32,000 nucleotides of DNA. It comes from Alkanindiges illinoisensis DSM 15370 (lineage in GTDB: Bacteria; Pseudomonadota; Gammaproteobacteria; Pseudomonadales; Moraxellaceae). Location of the stretch: positions 970,064 through 1,002,063 of the forward strand of contig NZ_JHUX01000003.1 of NCBI RefSeq assembly GCF_000619845.1, written 5' to 3'. Position 1 is the first letter of the stretch. Each line of letters starts with the position of its first letter. The position numbers were made by a program, and so were the translations under genes. Under the pieces are notes generated by a model. That model made no database searches. It saw only the letters and a program-made list of their open reading frames with translations, and was not told the DNA's origin. This document shows, piece after piece, positions 8,479 to 17,602 of the stretch.

Positions 8479-9063
8479 TTAAGCGTGATGTTCCAGATAG
8501 CTGGTAATGTAAAAGGCTAAAACAATGATCAGGACAATGAATAGTCCTAAAAATAAATAATTAATAGAAGAAAAAGGCTTAGCTGACTTAATGGTACGCT
8601 CATTGGCAATAGACTCATATTGCTCCAAAAAGGTATAGCTCACTGCCTCTTCATTTTGAATGATCAATTGAACAAACTCATCCAGCATCGTACCCTGAAC
8701 GATATAAGGATTAAACGTATCTTGATGCCAGTCCAAAAAAAATTGCTGAAGTACAGTTTCCCGAATAAAGTATTTAATATTCCAGAATTTAAATGACTTT
8801 GCTGGAATGATTTCTCGCTTTAATAGCAAAAAATCACGAGTATAGGGGCTTTCCAGAGACATCTGGTGAAACTTGTTAATCTGTTCTTCACTACCTTCAA
8901 TACAGTGCAAAAACGTGTTATTCCCATAAATCAGAACGCCACTTAACTCCTCGATATTATTCAATGTTTCACAAATCTGGGTGATCTCAATCAGATGCTG
9001 GCGAATTGTGGACGGGAGTGCCGTTGAAGTAGCCGCATAAATAAAACGGGTATAGTTTGGCAT
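8479..9063 (-). CDS. BLUF-like (BlsA-like) domain protein with C-terminal transmembrane anchor; photocycle Gln replaced by His
   Basis: By eye it aligns along its length with BLUF/BlsA: RFIYAATS (Tyr9), SGVLIYGNNTFLHCIEG (His53 where BLUF has FxQxLEG), FKFWNIKY (Trp94, with Ile96 where Met is usual) and DTFNP. Residues ~166-189 (INYLFLGLFIVLIIVLAFYITSYL) form a hydrophobic helix. Confidence 0.7.
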   Translation of the reverse strand: MPNYTRFIYAATSTALPSTIRQHLIEITQICETLNNIEELSGVLIYGNNTFLHCIEGSEEQINKFHQMSLESPYTRDFLLLKREIIPAKSFKFWNIKYFIRETVLQQFFLDWHQDTFNPYIVQGTMLDEFVQLIIQNEEAVSYTFLEQYESIANERTIKSAKPFSSINYLFLGLFIVLIIVLAFYITSYLEHHA

Positions 9064-9304
9064 TGTTATTACACGTTCAGTCGGGGTAAATACGAATTAG
9101 GCATTATAGCTAGTTCTTTGAATATTTTAAAATAATTAAATGGCTGGCAAATTAAACTTAAATTCTGACCCTGCTTGCTGGCATTTAACATGAACCACTA
9201 TACAACTTAAGACTTATTTGTGGATCAGTCATACAACGATCCGTCAGTTTAGCTGGCCAATTATTTAAATGCTTAATCAGCGAATCCAAGCTAAACATAA
9301 GGAA

Positions 9305-9721
9305 TTAGCGTCCATACAGTGAACTGTTATAAGCGTCCCGCATGGATTGTATTCTGGATTTTTCTGCAGCCCTTGATGCTGCGTCGGCAGCACTACTTAC
9401 AGCATCAGCCGCTGCAACTGCTGCATCTACTGATGGATCACGCGTACTATCCACTGCTGCCCTGACCGCATCTTGATGTGCCTGCTCTGCATCTCTTAAG
9501 GCTTGCTCTTGCATGGATTCACTGTCATCCAGCGAATTACCATATGAATATCTGGCATCTGCAACTGCTATGGTTTTCGCTATTTTTGCATTCTTGGCAG
9601 GCGGTGTCTGGCTATACTGCACATTACCCGAAGCATCTATCCATTTATACGCTGTTCCCGCATGCGCTACAGGTAATAATAGTGAACATATACTCATGAG
9701 CAAAAATTTCTTATTTTTCAT
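9305..9721 (-). CDS. DUF4124 domain secreted protein
   Basis: Signal peptide (LLMSICSLLLPVAHA) followed by YKWIDASGNVQYSQTPP, the typical DUF4124 motif. A/D/S-rich C-terminus. Confidence 0.75.
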   Translation of the reverse strand: MKNKKFLLMSICSLLLPVAHAGTAYKWIDASGNVQYSQTPPAKNAKIAKTIAVADARYSYGNSLDDSESMQEQALRDAEQAHQDAVRAAVDSTRDPSVDAAVAAADAVSSAADAASRAAEKSRIQSMRDAYNSSLYGR

Positions 9722-9944
9722 ACATGGCTACCTTTCATACGTAGATAAAAACTCATAAAACCAGAATGTTTCTATCTTGATTTAAATACTTTTAAAACTA
9801 TTAACGCTCAAAAATTAATTAATTCCTGATAGAAATCAGGCTTCTTTTAAAAAACCATTTTTTATTTAACGATTAAATCATATCACTAAATAACTGTTTT
9901 ATTATGCAAACATTTTTATTCATCTTAACTTTTCCATAACCCAT

Positions 9945-9983
9945 AAAAAAAACCGCCTGAAAATTTAACTTTCAGGCGGTTTT
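9945..9983 (-). terminator. Rho-independent terminator downstream of tRNA-Val (bidirectional in form)
   Basis: 10-bp stem ccgcctgaaa/tttcaggcgg (9953-9962 and 9970-9979). On the minus strand it is followed by an 8-nt T-run (A-run 9945-9952 on +). Confidence 0.85.
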
Positions 9984-9991
9984 AAAAATTC

Positions 9992-10068
9992 TGGTAGACA
10001 CAACTGGACTCGAACCAGCGACCCCCACCATGTCAAGGTGGTGCTCTAACCAACTGAGCTATGTGTCT
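9992..10068 (-). tRNA. tRNA-Val (anticodon GAC)
   Basis: The reverse complement folds as a 77-nt cloverleaf: acceptor AGACACA/TGTGTCT, D arm GCTC..GAGC, anticodon stem CCACC/GGTGG with loop TTGACAT, T arm GCTGG-TTCGAGT-CCAGT, discriminator A and an encoded CCA. Confidence 0.93.
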
Positions 10069-10120
10069 AAAGTGGCCAAATTATTACCGTAATCCAGTTC
10101 CATAGCAAGATTTTTTTATA

Positions 10121-12232
10121 CTATTCCTTTCTGTTCGGCCAACTGCTAACCAGTTTTTTCATTTGCTGAATGACTTTAGCCTGAGCTAGTTCATCCCCTG
10201 CTGGCGCATAACGTGCTTGCTGATAGAGCTGAATCAGCTCTTGTGCCGGCTTTTGATAAGCTGGATAGGCTGCTAACCGCTGCAACCAGTTCACTACACC
10301 TTCTGACTCACCCCGCGCCAAGTTTTCTTTGGTCAATTTTCTGGACAATCGCTGTAATGGTGCATCAAGCGGATGCCAGACTTTTCGCCTGCGCCACCAC
10401 ATGATCCCGACAATGATCGCTAGTAGGGTGATAAAGCTGCCTACCATCCAGGCCACTTGCACATACATGCTTTTGATACCAAACAGCCGCTGTAGCAGAC
10501 CTTGCTGCTGGGACTGGTCAAAACCCACCACATCCCGCTGCCATACGTAGCTGGCATAATCTGCCCAGACACGCGCCTGCCCTAAAAACCTGAACTGGCT
10601 GGAGCGTAGTTGGCCTAATACGTTATCACCAAAGACCTGCTGATCTTCCTGCATGAAATTATTCATGCCTTTTTCAACGCGCTCAGGTGCAACAGCAGCT
10701 GTTGGGTCAACCCGCACCCAGCCACGTCCGGCGAGCCAGATTTCCACCCATGCATGGGCATCCAGCTGGCGAACTTCCCAGCTTTGCTGATCTGGAGAAA
10801 ATTGGCCGCCCTGATAGCCCACCACCACCCGTGCCGGGATACCAGCTGCACGCATCAAAAATGTATACGATGATGAATAATGCTCACAAAATCCACGTCG
10901 GCTTTCAAACAGGAATTGATCAATCCGCTGGCCGGAGAGTACTGGTGGCTCCAGTGTATACACAAAATTTTGCTGTCTGATCCAGTTTAGCCAGTAATCG
11001 GCATAACGTTCAGGATTTCGCCCAACCTGATTAAACACCTGTTGCGCCAGTTGCCGGGTACGCGGATTACTGTTGGCTGGTAGCTGTAAATTGACTTGTT
11101 GTAGCCAGTCCGGTAACTCGGTATCACGCTTGAGATTTTTAAACTGTAAGGCGTCATAACTGAACTGGCGATAAACCTCGCGGGAACTTTTTAAATTATA
11201 TTCACGGGTTAAAGCAATGCCACGGGTACGGCTAAAGGGTACATCCAGCGCAAATAGCCATTGCTGCTGGGTCGGCTCAAGCAGCACCTGATATTCAAAC
11301 CCCGTATTCACCTTGCCTGCAAAAGTCTGTTTAAACCATTCAGGCTGGTATTGCATGCCTGTCCAGACGGGATTATCGGCGCGATAGTCCTTAAGCTGCG
11401 TCCAGGTGACGCCATCAAATTTGCTTAATACTAAACCACGCCAGTAGAGCTCTGAACGTGGAGGCAGATGCCTTGCCAGATTGTTTTGCTTATCCAGCAC
11501 ACGGAAGGCTAGCTCCGTGGACTGACTCAGGCTTGCAATATTGCCGGGTGACATCTGGTCAGTCATGCCGGTTTTACCCTGTGACTGGTTAACTGGCACA
11601 CTCCATAAAGGCGGAATTCGTGGAAAAAATATAAATAGAACCACAAGCAATGGAATGGCCTGTAAAAATAGGCGCAATAAAGGTTTCCATAGACCTGCTG
11701 AAGGATTGATGGCTTCGGGAATATTGGTTTTTAGCTGGGCAGAATGGTGATACAGCAGGTCAGGATTAATATTCTGCTGTAATAATGCATAAAATATAGC
11801 CAGAATACCCAGCAATGCCATAGCCGCATTAAAAATGGATTGTTCAAACAGAAATAGGCTGGCAACTACAAAAAGCGATAAGGTTAAGGCAATATAACTG
11901 TCACGGCGCTGTTTTAACTCAAGTAATTTACCCAGTAAACATAACGCCAGGAAAGCCACACCAGCATCTACACCAATAAGCGTACGATACGTTACCAATA
12001 TAATGGCAAGGCCTGCTGTCACAATAATATATTGATAAAACTTGGGTGGTTGTGAATGAAAGATTTTTCGACGCCGCGCCATGAGCCACAGGCTTATTAG
12101 CGTAATAAAGGTCAGTACTGAAAATAAGACAGGCAAATGAAAAACATGCGGGAAAAACACCACAAACTGTGCAGCAATAATACTAACAAATTGTCTGTAA
12201 CGAATCGGTTGTACAGGAATTAATGTGCTCAT
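10121..12232 (-). CDS. Transglutaminase-like membrane protein (TgpA-like: DUF3488 N-terminal TM region plus transglutaminase core)
   Basis: Multiple N-terminal TM helices. Cys-His-Asp core motifs GFCEHYSS, DAHAWVEIW and VRVDPT. Its ATG overlaps the DUF58 stop (ATGA). Confidence 0.88.
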   Translation of the reverse strand: MSTLIPVQPIRYRQFVSIIAAQFVVFFPHVFHLPVLFSVLTFITLISLWLMARRRKIFHSQPPKFYQYIIVTAGLAIILVTYRTLIGVDAGVAFLALCLLGKLLELKQRRDSYIALTLSLFVVASLFLFEQSIFNAAMALLGILAIFYALLQQNINPDLLYHHSAQLKTNIPEAINPSAGLWKPLLRLFLQAIPLLVVLFIFFPRIPPLWSVPVNQSQGKTGMTDQMSPGNIASLSQSTELAFRVLDKQNNLARHLPPRSELYWRGLVLSKFDGVTWTQLKDYRADNPVWTGMQYQPEWFKQTFAGKVNTGFEYQVLLEPTQQQWLFALDVPFSRTRGIALTREYNLKSSREVYRQFSYDALQFKNLKRDTELPDWLQQVNLQLPANSNPRTRQLAQQVFNQVGRNPERYADYWLNWIRQQNFVYTLEPPVLSGQRIDQFLFESRRGFCEHYSSSYTFLMRAAGIPARVVVGYQGGQFSPDQQSWEVRQLDAHAWVEIWLAGRGWVRVDPTAAVAPERVEKGMNNFMQEDQQVFGDNVLGQLRSSQFRFLGQARVWADYASYVWQRDVVGFDQSQQQGLLQRLFGIKSMYVQVAWMVGSFITLLAIIVGIMWWRRRKVWHPLDAPLQRLSRKLTKENLARGESEGVVNWLQRLAAYPAYQKPAQELIQLYQQARYAPAGDELAQAKVIQQMKKLVSSWPNRKE

Positions 12233-13179
12233 CAGGGTTCCTCCGCCAGCAGTCGTAAGGCCTGATTTGTATGGGTTTCACCATGTCCTAAAGGCAGTTC
12301 GCGCGTGGGTAACCTCATACTAAAAGCAATATTTTGTGCGCCAAGTATTTGCACCCAGTACGCCATTTGCGATAGCTTGGTTTCATGGTCAATTGCTGGC
12401 ATCTGGTCATAATCCAGCGCATCCTGTTCGGCACAAAAGTCTATAAACTGCTTGCTTAGTAACCCCTGTCCCTTGGCCAGATGCGACCATGATACCCGGG
12501 ACAAGGATTCGCCTTTAACATAGTTTTTCAATTCCTGAAATTCTTCCTGGCCGCTTAAACCATGCGTTTCCTCACCTTCTCCGCCAATGCGGTTTAATAC
12601 ATTGCGTTCAGCTTCAATTGGCTTTGGTGATACCCAGACTTCCTGATCAAAATAAATATATGTCCACGCACGAATCAGCCCCAATGGATATACACTTTGC
12701 AGCATCAGGCGTGGCGGCAAAAATTGTCCCCGTTTTGGTGTATCAATATCAAAATGCAGCACCTGTTTGTCATTAAGCACGGCAATGCGCTGATATTGCT
12801 GCCAGACCAGTTCAAGCTGGCAATAGCATTTGGCAGTGGTAGGGCTGATTTCAATTTGAAAACGGGCTTGGCCTTCAGCCTGACTGTCACTGGCATGCAG
12901 CACTTTTATTTTTAGACCGGATAACTGCGCATAGCTATGATGAATGCCAATAACCAGAATACTGCTCAGCAGAAAAAATACGCCCAGAATCAGATTATTG
13001 CCGTAATTGACACCTGCCAGAAAAGTCACTGCCAGTAACACAGCAAACAAGCCACCTTCCTTGGTTAAAAATACAAAAATCTGGCGCTGTGACAGCGTAA
13101 CTTCCCTGCAGCATGGCAAACGCCGCCGCATCCAGCGCTGAACAGGGGGCCGGTTTTCAAACCAGTTGGTGAGGCGCAT
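12232..13179 (-). CDS. DUF58 domain protein
   Basis: Two N-terminal TM segments. Positioned between the MoxR ATPase and the transglutaminase, the canonical operon order. Confidence 0.75.
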   Translation of the reverse strand: MRLTNWFENRPPVQRWMRRRLPCCREVTLSQRQIFVFLTKEGGLFAVLLAVTFLAGVNYGNNLILGVFFLLSSILVIGIHHSYAQLSGLKIKVLHASDSQAEGQARFQIEISPTTAKCYCQLELVWQQYQRIAVLNDKQVLHFDIDTPKRGQFLPPRLMLQSVYPLGLIRAWTYIYFDQEVWVSPKPIEAERNVLNRIGGEGEETHGLSGQEEFQELKNYVKGESLSRVSWSHLAKGQGLLSKQFIDFCAEQDALDYDQMPAIDHETKLSQMAYWVQILGAQNIAFSMRLPTRELPLGHGETHTNQALRLLAEEP

Positions 13180-13193
13180 AAAAAGCTCCTCTA

Positions 13194-14198
13194 TCAGCTA
13201 ATAACAGGAACTTGACGCAGGATTTGATGAGCCGGGGAATCTGCACCGCCAATGCCTTTAACCCCCAGTCGATGATCAGCAACTGCCACAAATACTGCCT
13301 GAATATCTTCAGGAATGACAAAAGCTCGACCTTCAACCAGTGCATACGCCTGTGCAGCACGTTTTAGTGCCAGTAAGCCACGGGTCGATAATCCGGTGTG
13401 CTGGCCAGTACGGGTTTGTTCAACCAGATGCTGCAAATAATCCAGCACGGGTTCTGACAGATAAATGTCATTCACCAGCTGGCGATAGTCTTTTAATGAT
13501 TGCGTATTCAGCAGCGCCTCCACTGCTTTTAGCATGCTACGGCGATCCTGCCCCAGCAAAATTTCCCGCTCGGCCTGTGCTGAGGGAAAACCCAGGGATA
13601 AGCACATCAAAAAGCGGTCAAGCTGCGATTCTGGCAATGGGTATGTGCCAGACTGGTTAATGGGATTTTGGGTAGCAATCACAAAAAAAGGCTGCGGCAA
13701 TGTTCGGGTTACACCATCCTGTGATACCTGATTTTCCTCCATAGCCTCCAGCAATGCACTCTGGGTTTTAGGGCTGGTACGGTTGATTTCATCGGCCAGC
13801 AGAACCTGAGTAAAAATCGGGCCTTCCCGAAATTCAAATTCCTGTTTCTCCGGGTTAAAAATTGATAAGCCCAGAATGTCACTGGGCAGCATGTCACTGG
13901 TAAACTGTACCCGGCGATAGCTTAGCCCGGATAGCTTAGCCAGACTTTCAGCCATGGTGGTTTTACCCATCCCCGGCAAATCCTGTAGCAATAAATGCCC
14001 ACCTGCCAGAATGCAGCTTAGAGCCAGCTTGGTTTGTTGCGGCTTATCAAGCACAATCTGGTTAAGCTGATTAAGAAACTGATCCAGTTTTGCCTTGGTG
14101 TGGGTGACCAGTTGCTCTACTTCCTGCTGGGAACGCTTTATTGTTTCTACAATGGCTTTTTCTGAAGCAACATTTGGTGGGGTGGCATCCTGAAGCAT
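13194..14198 (-). CDS. MoxR-family AAA+ ATPase
   Basis: Walker A GMGKTT, Walker B LLADEINR, and the MoxR-like segments ATQNP..G.YPLPE.QLDRF. Confidence 0.9.
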   Translation of the reverse strand: MLQDATPPNVASEKAIVETIKRSQQEVEQLVTHTKAKLDQFLNQLNQIVLDKPQQTKLALSCILAGGHLLLQDLPGMGKTTMAESLAKLSGLSYRRVQFTSDMLPSDILGLSIFNPEKQEFEFREGPIFTQVLLADEINRTSPKTQSALLEAMEENQVSQDGVTRTLPQPFFVIATQNPINQSGTYPLPESQLDRFLMCLSLGFPSAQAEREILLGQDRRSMLKAVEALLNTQSLKDYRQLVNDIYLSEPVLDYLQHLVEQTRTGQHTGLSTRGLLALKRAAQAYALVEGRAFVIPEDIQAVFVAVADHRLGVKGIGGADSPAHQILRQVPVIS

Positions 14199-14431
14199 AA
14201 ACTTTCTTCCTTATTAAACAGGCTCAGCTTAACTATAAACAAAGCTAAACCCTGATTAAACCACAGTATTTAGTGCATAGGTGCATTTAAGGGTTGAGCA
14301 AAATTCAGGTTTAACGTTAGTTATACAGGAAGTTTATTTTGGCTGACCAGACAGTTTCCTTAACAATAGTCTGTGCTTTTGTATTGTTTTTATAAGATTT
14401 ACAGTTTAAAAAACTTTCATTTAAGAAAAAA

Positions 14432-14725
14432 TTAGCAGGGGCATTTTCCAACTTTCCCGGCTTTATTAGGATAACGCGCTTCTAGGCAATGACGGTAGAA
14501 CTGCTTTTCAGTCATGGCCTGAAGCTGCGGATGATGTTGCTGCATGTGCTGCAAATACGCCTGATAGTCGTGGACTCCGACCATCAGGCGGAAGCTTTGT
14601 GCCAAGCGCGTTATAATTAACTTAAGCTTGCTTTGCCAGCTTAAGCCAACCTGTACAGCCACTGAACCTGTTTTTGCTGGTAAAATCCGGTGAATATGCA
14701 AGCTATTAACCTTTCTTTTAAGCAT
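14432..14725 (-). CDS. YbdD/YjiX family small protein (CstA-associated)
   Basis: The C-terminal core LMVGVHDYQAYLQHMQQHHP..MTEKQFYR..EARY...GKCPC matches YbdD. It lies directly downstream of cstA. The start is uncertain: ATG 14725 gives 97 aa, and GTG 14662 gives a more family-typical ~76 aa. The ORF start at 14836 overlaps cstA and is rejected. Confidence 0.75.
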   Translation of the reverse strand: MLKRKVNSLHIHRILPAKTGSVAVQVGLSWQSKLKLIITRLAQSFRLMVGVHDYQAYLQHMQQHHPQLQAMTEKQFYRHCLEARYPNKAGKVGKCPC

Positions 14726-14750
14726 AGAAAATTCAACAAACGGGACAGGT

Positions 14751-16844
14751 TTAAACTGATGGCTGGGCATCTGTATTGGACTTTTCATAGCTGGTGTTTT
14801 CATGGACAATTTCAGCCTCATGTACTGTAGGTTCACTCGCGCGTAAAGCCTTATAGATTACTCTAAAAGATGCCAGCAGCATTACTACGGCCACAATCAT
14901 AAAAAAGGCACACAGCACCGCATTAATCTGATTGCTAAATACAATCGTATGCATATCCTCAAGGGTTTTAGCGGGCGCAATAATTGTGCCCTGATCCATT
15001 GCAGTGGCATACTTGCTGGATTGTGCCAAAAAACCAATTTTGGGATTTGCATGGAAGATCTTTTGCCAGCCCGCGGTTAACGAGGTAACCAGCAACCAGA
15101 GAGTCGGTACAATTGTCACCCAGGCATAACGCTGTTTTTTCATCTTAAACAAAATAACAGTGCCTAAAATTAACGCCATGCTGGCCAACATCTGATTGCC
15201 AATACCAAACAGCGGCCATAAGGTATTAATACCACCGAGTGGATCAATCACACCCTGATAGACAAAAAAGCCCCAGCCTGCCACTGCAACCGTTGTACCC
15301 ATAATATTCCCCAGCCATGAACGATTATTCGCAATACTGGGAACCACTGTACCTGCCAGATCCTGCACCATAAAGCGACAGGCCCGTGTACCTGCATCCA
15401 CAGCGGTTAAAATAAATAGCGCTTCAAACAAAATAGCAAAGTGATACCAAAAGGCCATCATGGCACGGCTATTGAAAATTTCCGAAATAATATGTGCCAT
15501 ACCCACCGCAAAAGTTGGTGCACCGCCTGCACGTGACAAAATACTTTGTTCACCCACTTCTTTAGCAATAAGGCTTAACATTTCTGGCGTCACTACAAAA
15601 CCCAGTTGGCTCACAGCCTGGGATGCAGATTCTACGGTTGTGCCGATAATGGCTGCTGGAGCATTCATGGCAAAATACACACCTGGCTCTAATACAGATG
15701 CGCAAATGAGCGCCATAATGGCGACAAAGGATTCCATCAGCATTGCGCCATAGCCAATAAAGCGGATATGGCTTTCGTTCTCAACCAGTTTGGGCGTTGT
15801 TCCACTAGACACCAGCGCGTGGAAACCGGAAATTGAACCACAGGCAATCGTAATGAATAAAAACGGGAACAGGCTACCAGCAAATACAGGACCAGTCCCA
15901 TCGATAAACGTCGTTACTGCAGGCATTTTAAGCATAGGCATGGCAAACACAATTCCAATGGCCAGCCCGACAATCACCCCAATTTTTAAAAAAGTAGACA
16001 AATAATCCCGAGGTGCCAGTAGCAGCCAAACCGGCAAAACAGATGCAATAAAACCATAAATTACCAGCACCCAGGTTAACGTGGTGCCAGACAACGTAAA
16101 CAAGGGACCCCAATAAGGATCAGCCGCCACATTACCACCATAAATAATCGCCAGCATCATCAGCACAAAGCCAATGATGGATACTTCAGCAATTTTACCA
16201 GGTCGTAAGTAGCGCATATAAATACCCATCAACAAGGCGATGGGAATCGTTGCAGCGATAGTAAATGTCCCCCACGGACTATTGGTTAAAGCCTTTACCA
16301 CTACCAGTGCCAGTGCTGACAAAATAATAATCATCACACCCAGCGCGCCCAGCATGACCACCACACCTGCAAATGAACCCAGTTCCTGCTTGGCCATTTC
16401 TCCGAGCGAGCGGCCATCACGGCGTGTGGAAATAAACAGCACCAGAAAATCCTGAACGGCACCCGCCACCATGACACCAACCAGAATCCATATCGTCCCA
16501 GGCAAAAATCCCATTTGCGCAGCCAGAATTGGCCCAACCAGTGGCCCTGCACCGGCAATCGCTGCAAAGTGATGGCCAAACAGTACCCATTTGTTGGTGG
16601 GGACGTAATCCAATCCATCATTTAAGCGTACTGCAGGCGTCAACCGGCGGTGATCCAGCTCAAACACACGATTGGCAATAAACAGGCTATAAAAGCGATA
16701 AGCAATGCTATAACAGCTGACAGCGGCAACTACCAGCCATAAGGCATTTACCTGCTCACCCCGGCTCAATGCCAGCATGGCAAATGAAAAAGCACCTATT
16801 AGTGCAACAACAAACCAGATGAGTTTGGATTTAAGCTGAGTCAT
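14751..16844 (-). CDS. cstA: Carbon starvation protein A (CstA family peptide/pyruvate transporter)
   Basis: 697-aa polytopic membrane protein with CstA-typical segments (HFAAIAGAGPLVGP, SGFHALVSSGTTPK), followed by a ybdD-like gene. Confidence 0.92.
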   Translation of the reverse strand: MTQLKSKLIWFVVALIGAFSFAMLALSRGEQVNALWLVVAAVSCYSIAYRFYSLFIANRVFELDHRRLTPAVRLNDGLDYVPTNKWVLFGHHFAAIAGAGPLVGPILAAQMGFLPGTIWILVGVMVAGAVQDFLVLFISTRRDGRSLGEMAKQELGSFAGVVVMLGALGVMIIILSALALVVVKALTNSPWGTFTIAATIPIALLMGIYMRYLRPGKIAEVSIIGFVLMMLAIIYGGNVAADPYWGPLFTLSGTTLTWVLVIYGFIASVLPVWLLLAPRDYLSTFLKIGVIVGLAIGIVFAMPMLKMPAVTTFIDGTGPVFAGSLFPFLFITIACGSISGFHALVSSGTTPKLVENESHIRFIGYGAMLMESFVAIMALICASVLEPGVYFAMNAPAAIIGTTVESASQAVSQLGFVVTPEMLSLIAKEVGEQSILSRAGGAPTFAVGMAHIISEIFNSRAMMAFWYHFAILFEALFILTAVDAGTRACRFMVQDLAGTVVPSIANNRSWLGNIMGTTVAVAGWGFFVYQGVIDPLGGINTLWPLFGIGNQMLASMALILGTVILFKMKKQRYAWVTIVPTLWLLVTSLTAGWQKIFHANPKIGFLAQSSKYATAMDQGTIIAPAKTLEDMHTIVFSNQINAVLCAFFMIVAVVMLLASFRVIYKALRASEPTVHEAEIVHENTSYEKSNTDAQPSV

Positions 16845-17290
16845 TCAAGCGTCCCTGTTTTATTCTTAATGTTTTTCACTGTCTTGCTGATTCACATTGA
16901 CAGTAAAAATTAAAATATTCTTAAAAATACTCTTTTTATTTTCTACATCAAAGTAGACTTTGGACTACATTGACAAATCCGCTACAACAAAAACTGCCTT
17001 TTATATGGCTTTGCTTAACCATTTAAAAATTTAATTATCATAACATGTTGTAAATATTAGCTATTTTTCATGGACAAGATTGCCTGATTTCATGTTATTA
17101 ACCCAACAAAAACCGATAAATAATCATTGATTCATGCACTAGAATGTAACAGAAGAAAATACTTCGCCGCTTTTTTAAGCATAAAATAAATGAAAGTTGA
17201 AGTAAGAAAAAAGAATTGTGCTGCACTAGCAACTTGCGCAGTAATAATGCAGGCTAGCACGAATAATCGTATAAAAATAAACAAATAGTC

Positions 17291-17546
17291 ATGTTAAATC
17301 AAACTGTTCTTTTACGCGGAATCAATGATAATATAGATACACTTGTTGCATTAAGCGAACAATTATTTGAAAGCCAAGTGCTACCCTGTGATCTGAGTGT
17401 AGCTGCACGGTAGAAGCGCCGCTCATTTTGATATGAATGAACAAGATGTAATAGCCTTTTGCAGGGTACTGATGTCTAAGTCACCGGGCTATTTATTGCC
17501 AAAGCTGGTACGTGAAATTGCAGGCATATGCCACAAGATTCCGTGA
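17291..17546 (+). pseudogene. epmB: Remnant of epmB/yjeK (lysine 2,3-aminomutase-like, EF-P beta-lysylation); C-terminal fragment with stop and frameshift
   Basis: Translation gives LNQTVLLRGINDNIDTLVALSEQLFESQVLP, then an in-frame TAG at 17411-17413. A shifted frame continues AAHFDMNEQDVIAF..LMSKSPGYLLPKLVREIAG...KIP*. This matches the EpmB C-terminus (NQSVLLRGVNDN..LF..GV.PYYLH..D...GAAHF........GYLVPKL.REI.G). The roughly 250 N-terminal residues, including the radical-SAM Cys motif, are absent. Confidence 0.7.
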
Positions 17547-17602
17547 AACCGAAATAAGCTTGGTTATATGGAGAATCTTGGTTTTAAGGGAAAATAACTT
17601 CA

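Noticed and set aside
9825-9848. Small hairpin cctgat-agaa-atcagg followed by cttctttt on the + strand, resembling an orphan terminator or sRNA 3' end between the DUF4124 start and the tRNA terminator.
   Set aside because: The stem is only 6 bp and half A/T, the T-run is interrupted, and there is no upstream + strand transcription unit. This is too weak to call without transcript data.
14726-14836. Long version of the ybdD-like ORF (134 aa), overlapping the last 86 nt of cstA.
   Set aside because: YbdD/YjiX proteins are about 65-75 aa. The conserved core starts well downstream, and the extension is the cstA 3' end read in another frame.
17150-17290. Possible further upstream remains of epmB. 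For example, EVRKKNCAALATCAVIMQ loosely resembles EpmB E..R.A.AKL...GV.LLNQ.
   Set aside because: The similarity is too weak and is redundant with the clearer LNQTVLLRG segment. A real alignment would be needed to distinguish it from chance, so the pseudogene call is limited to 17291-17546.
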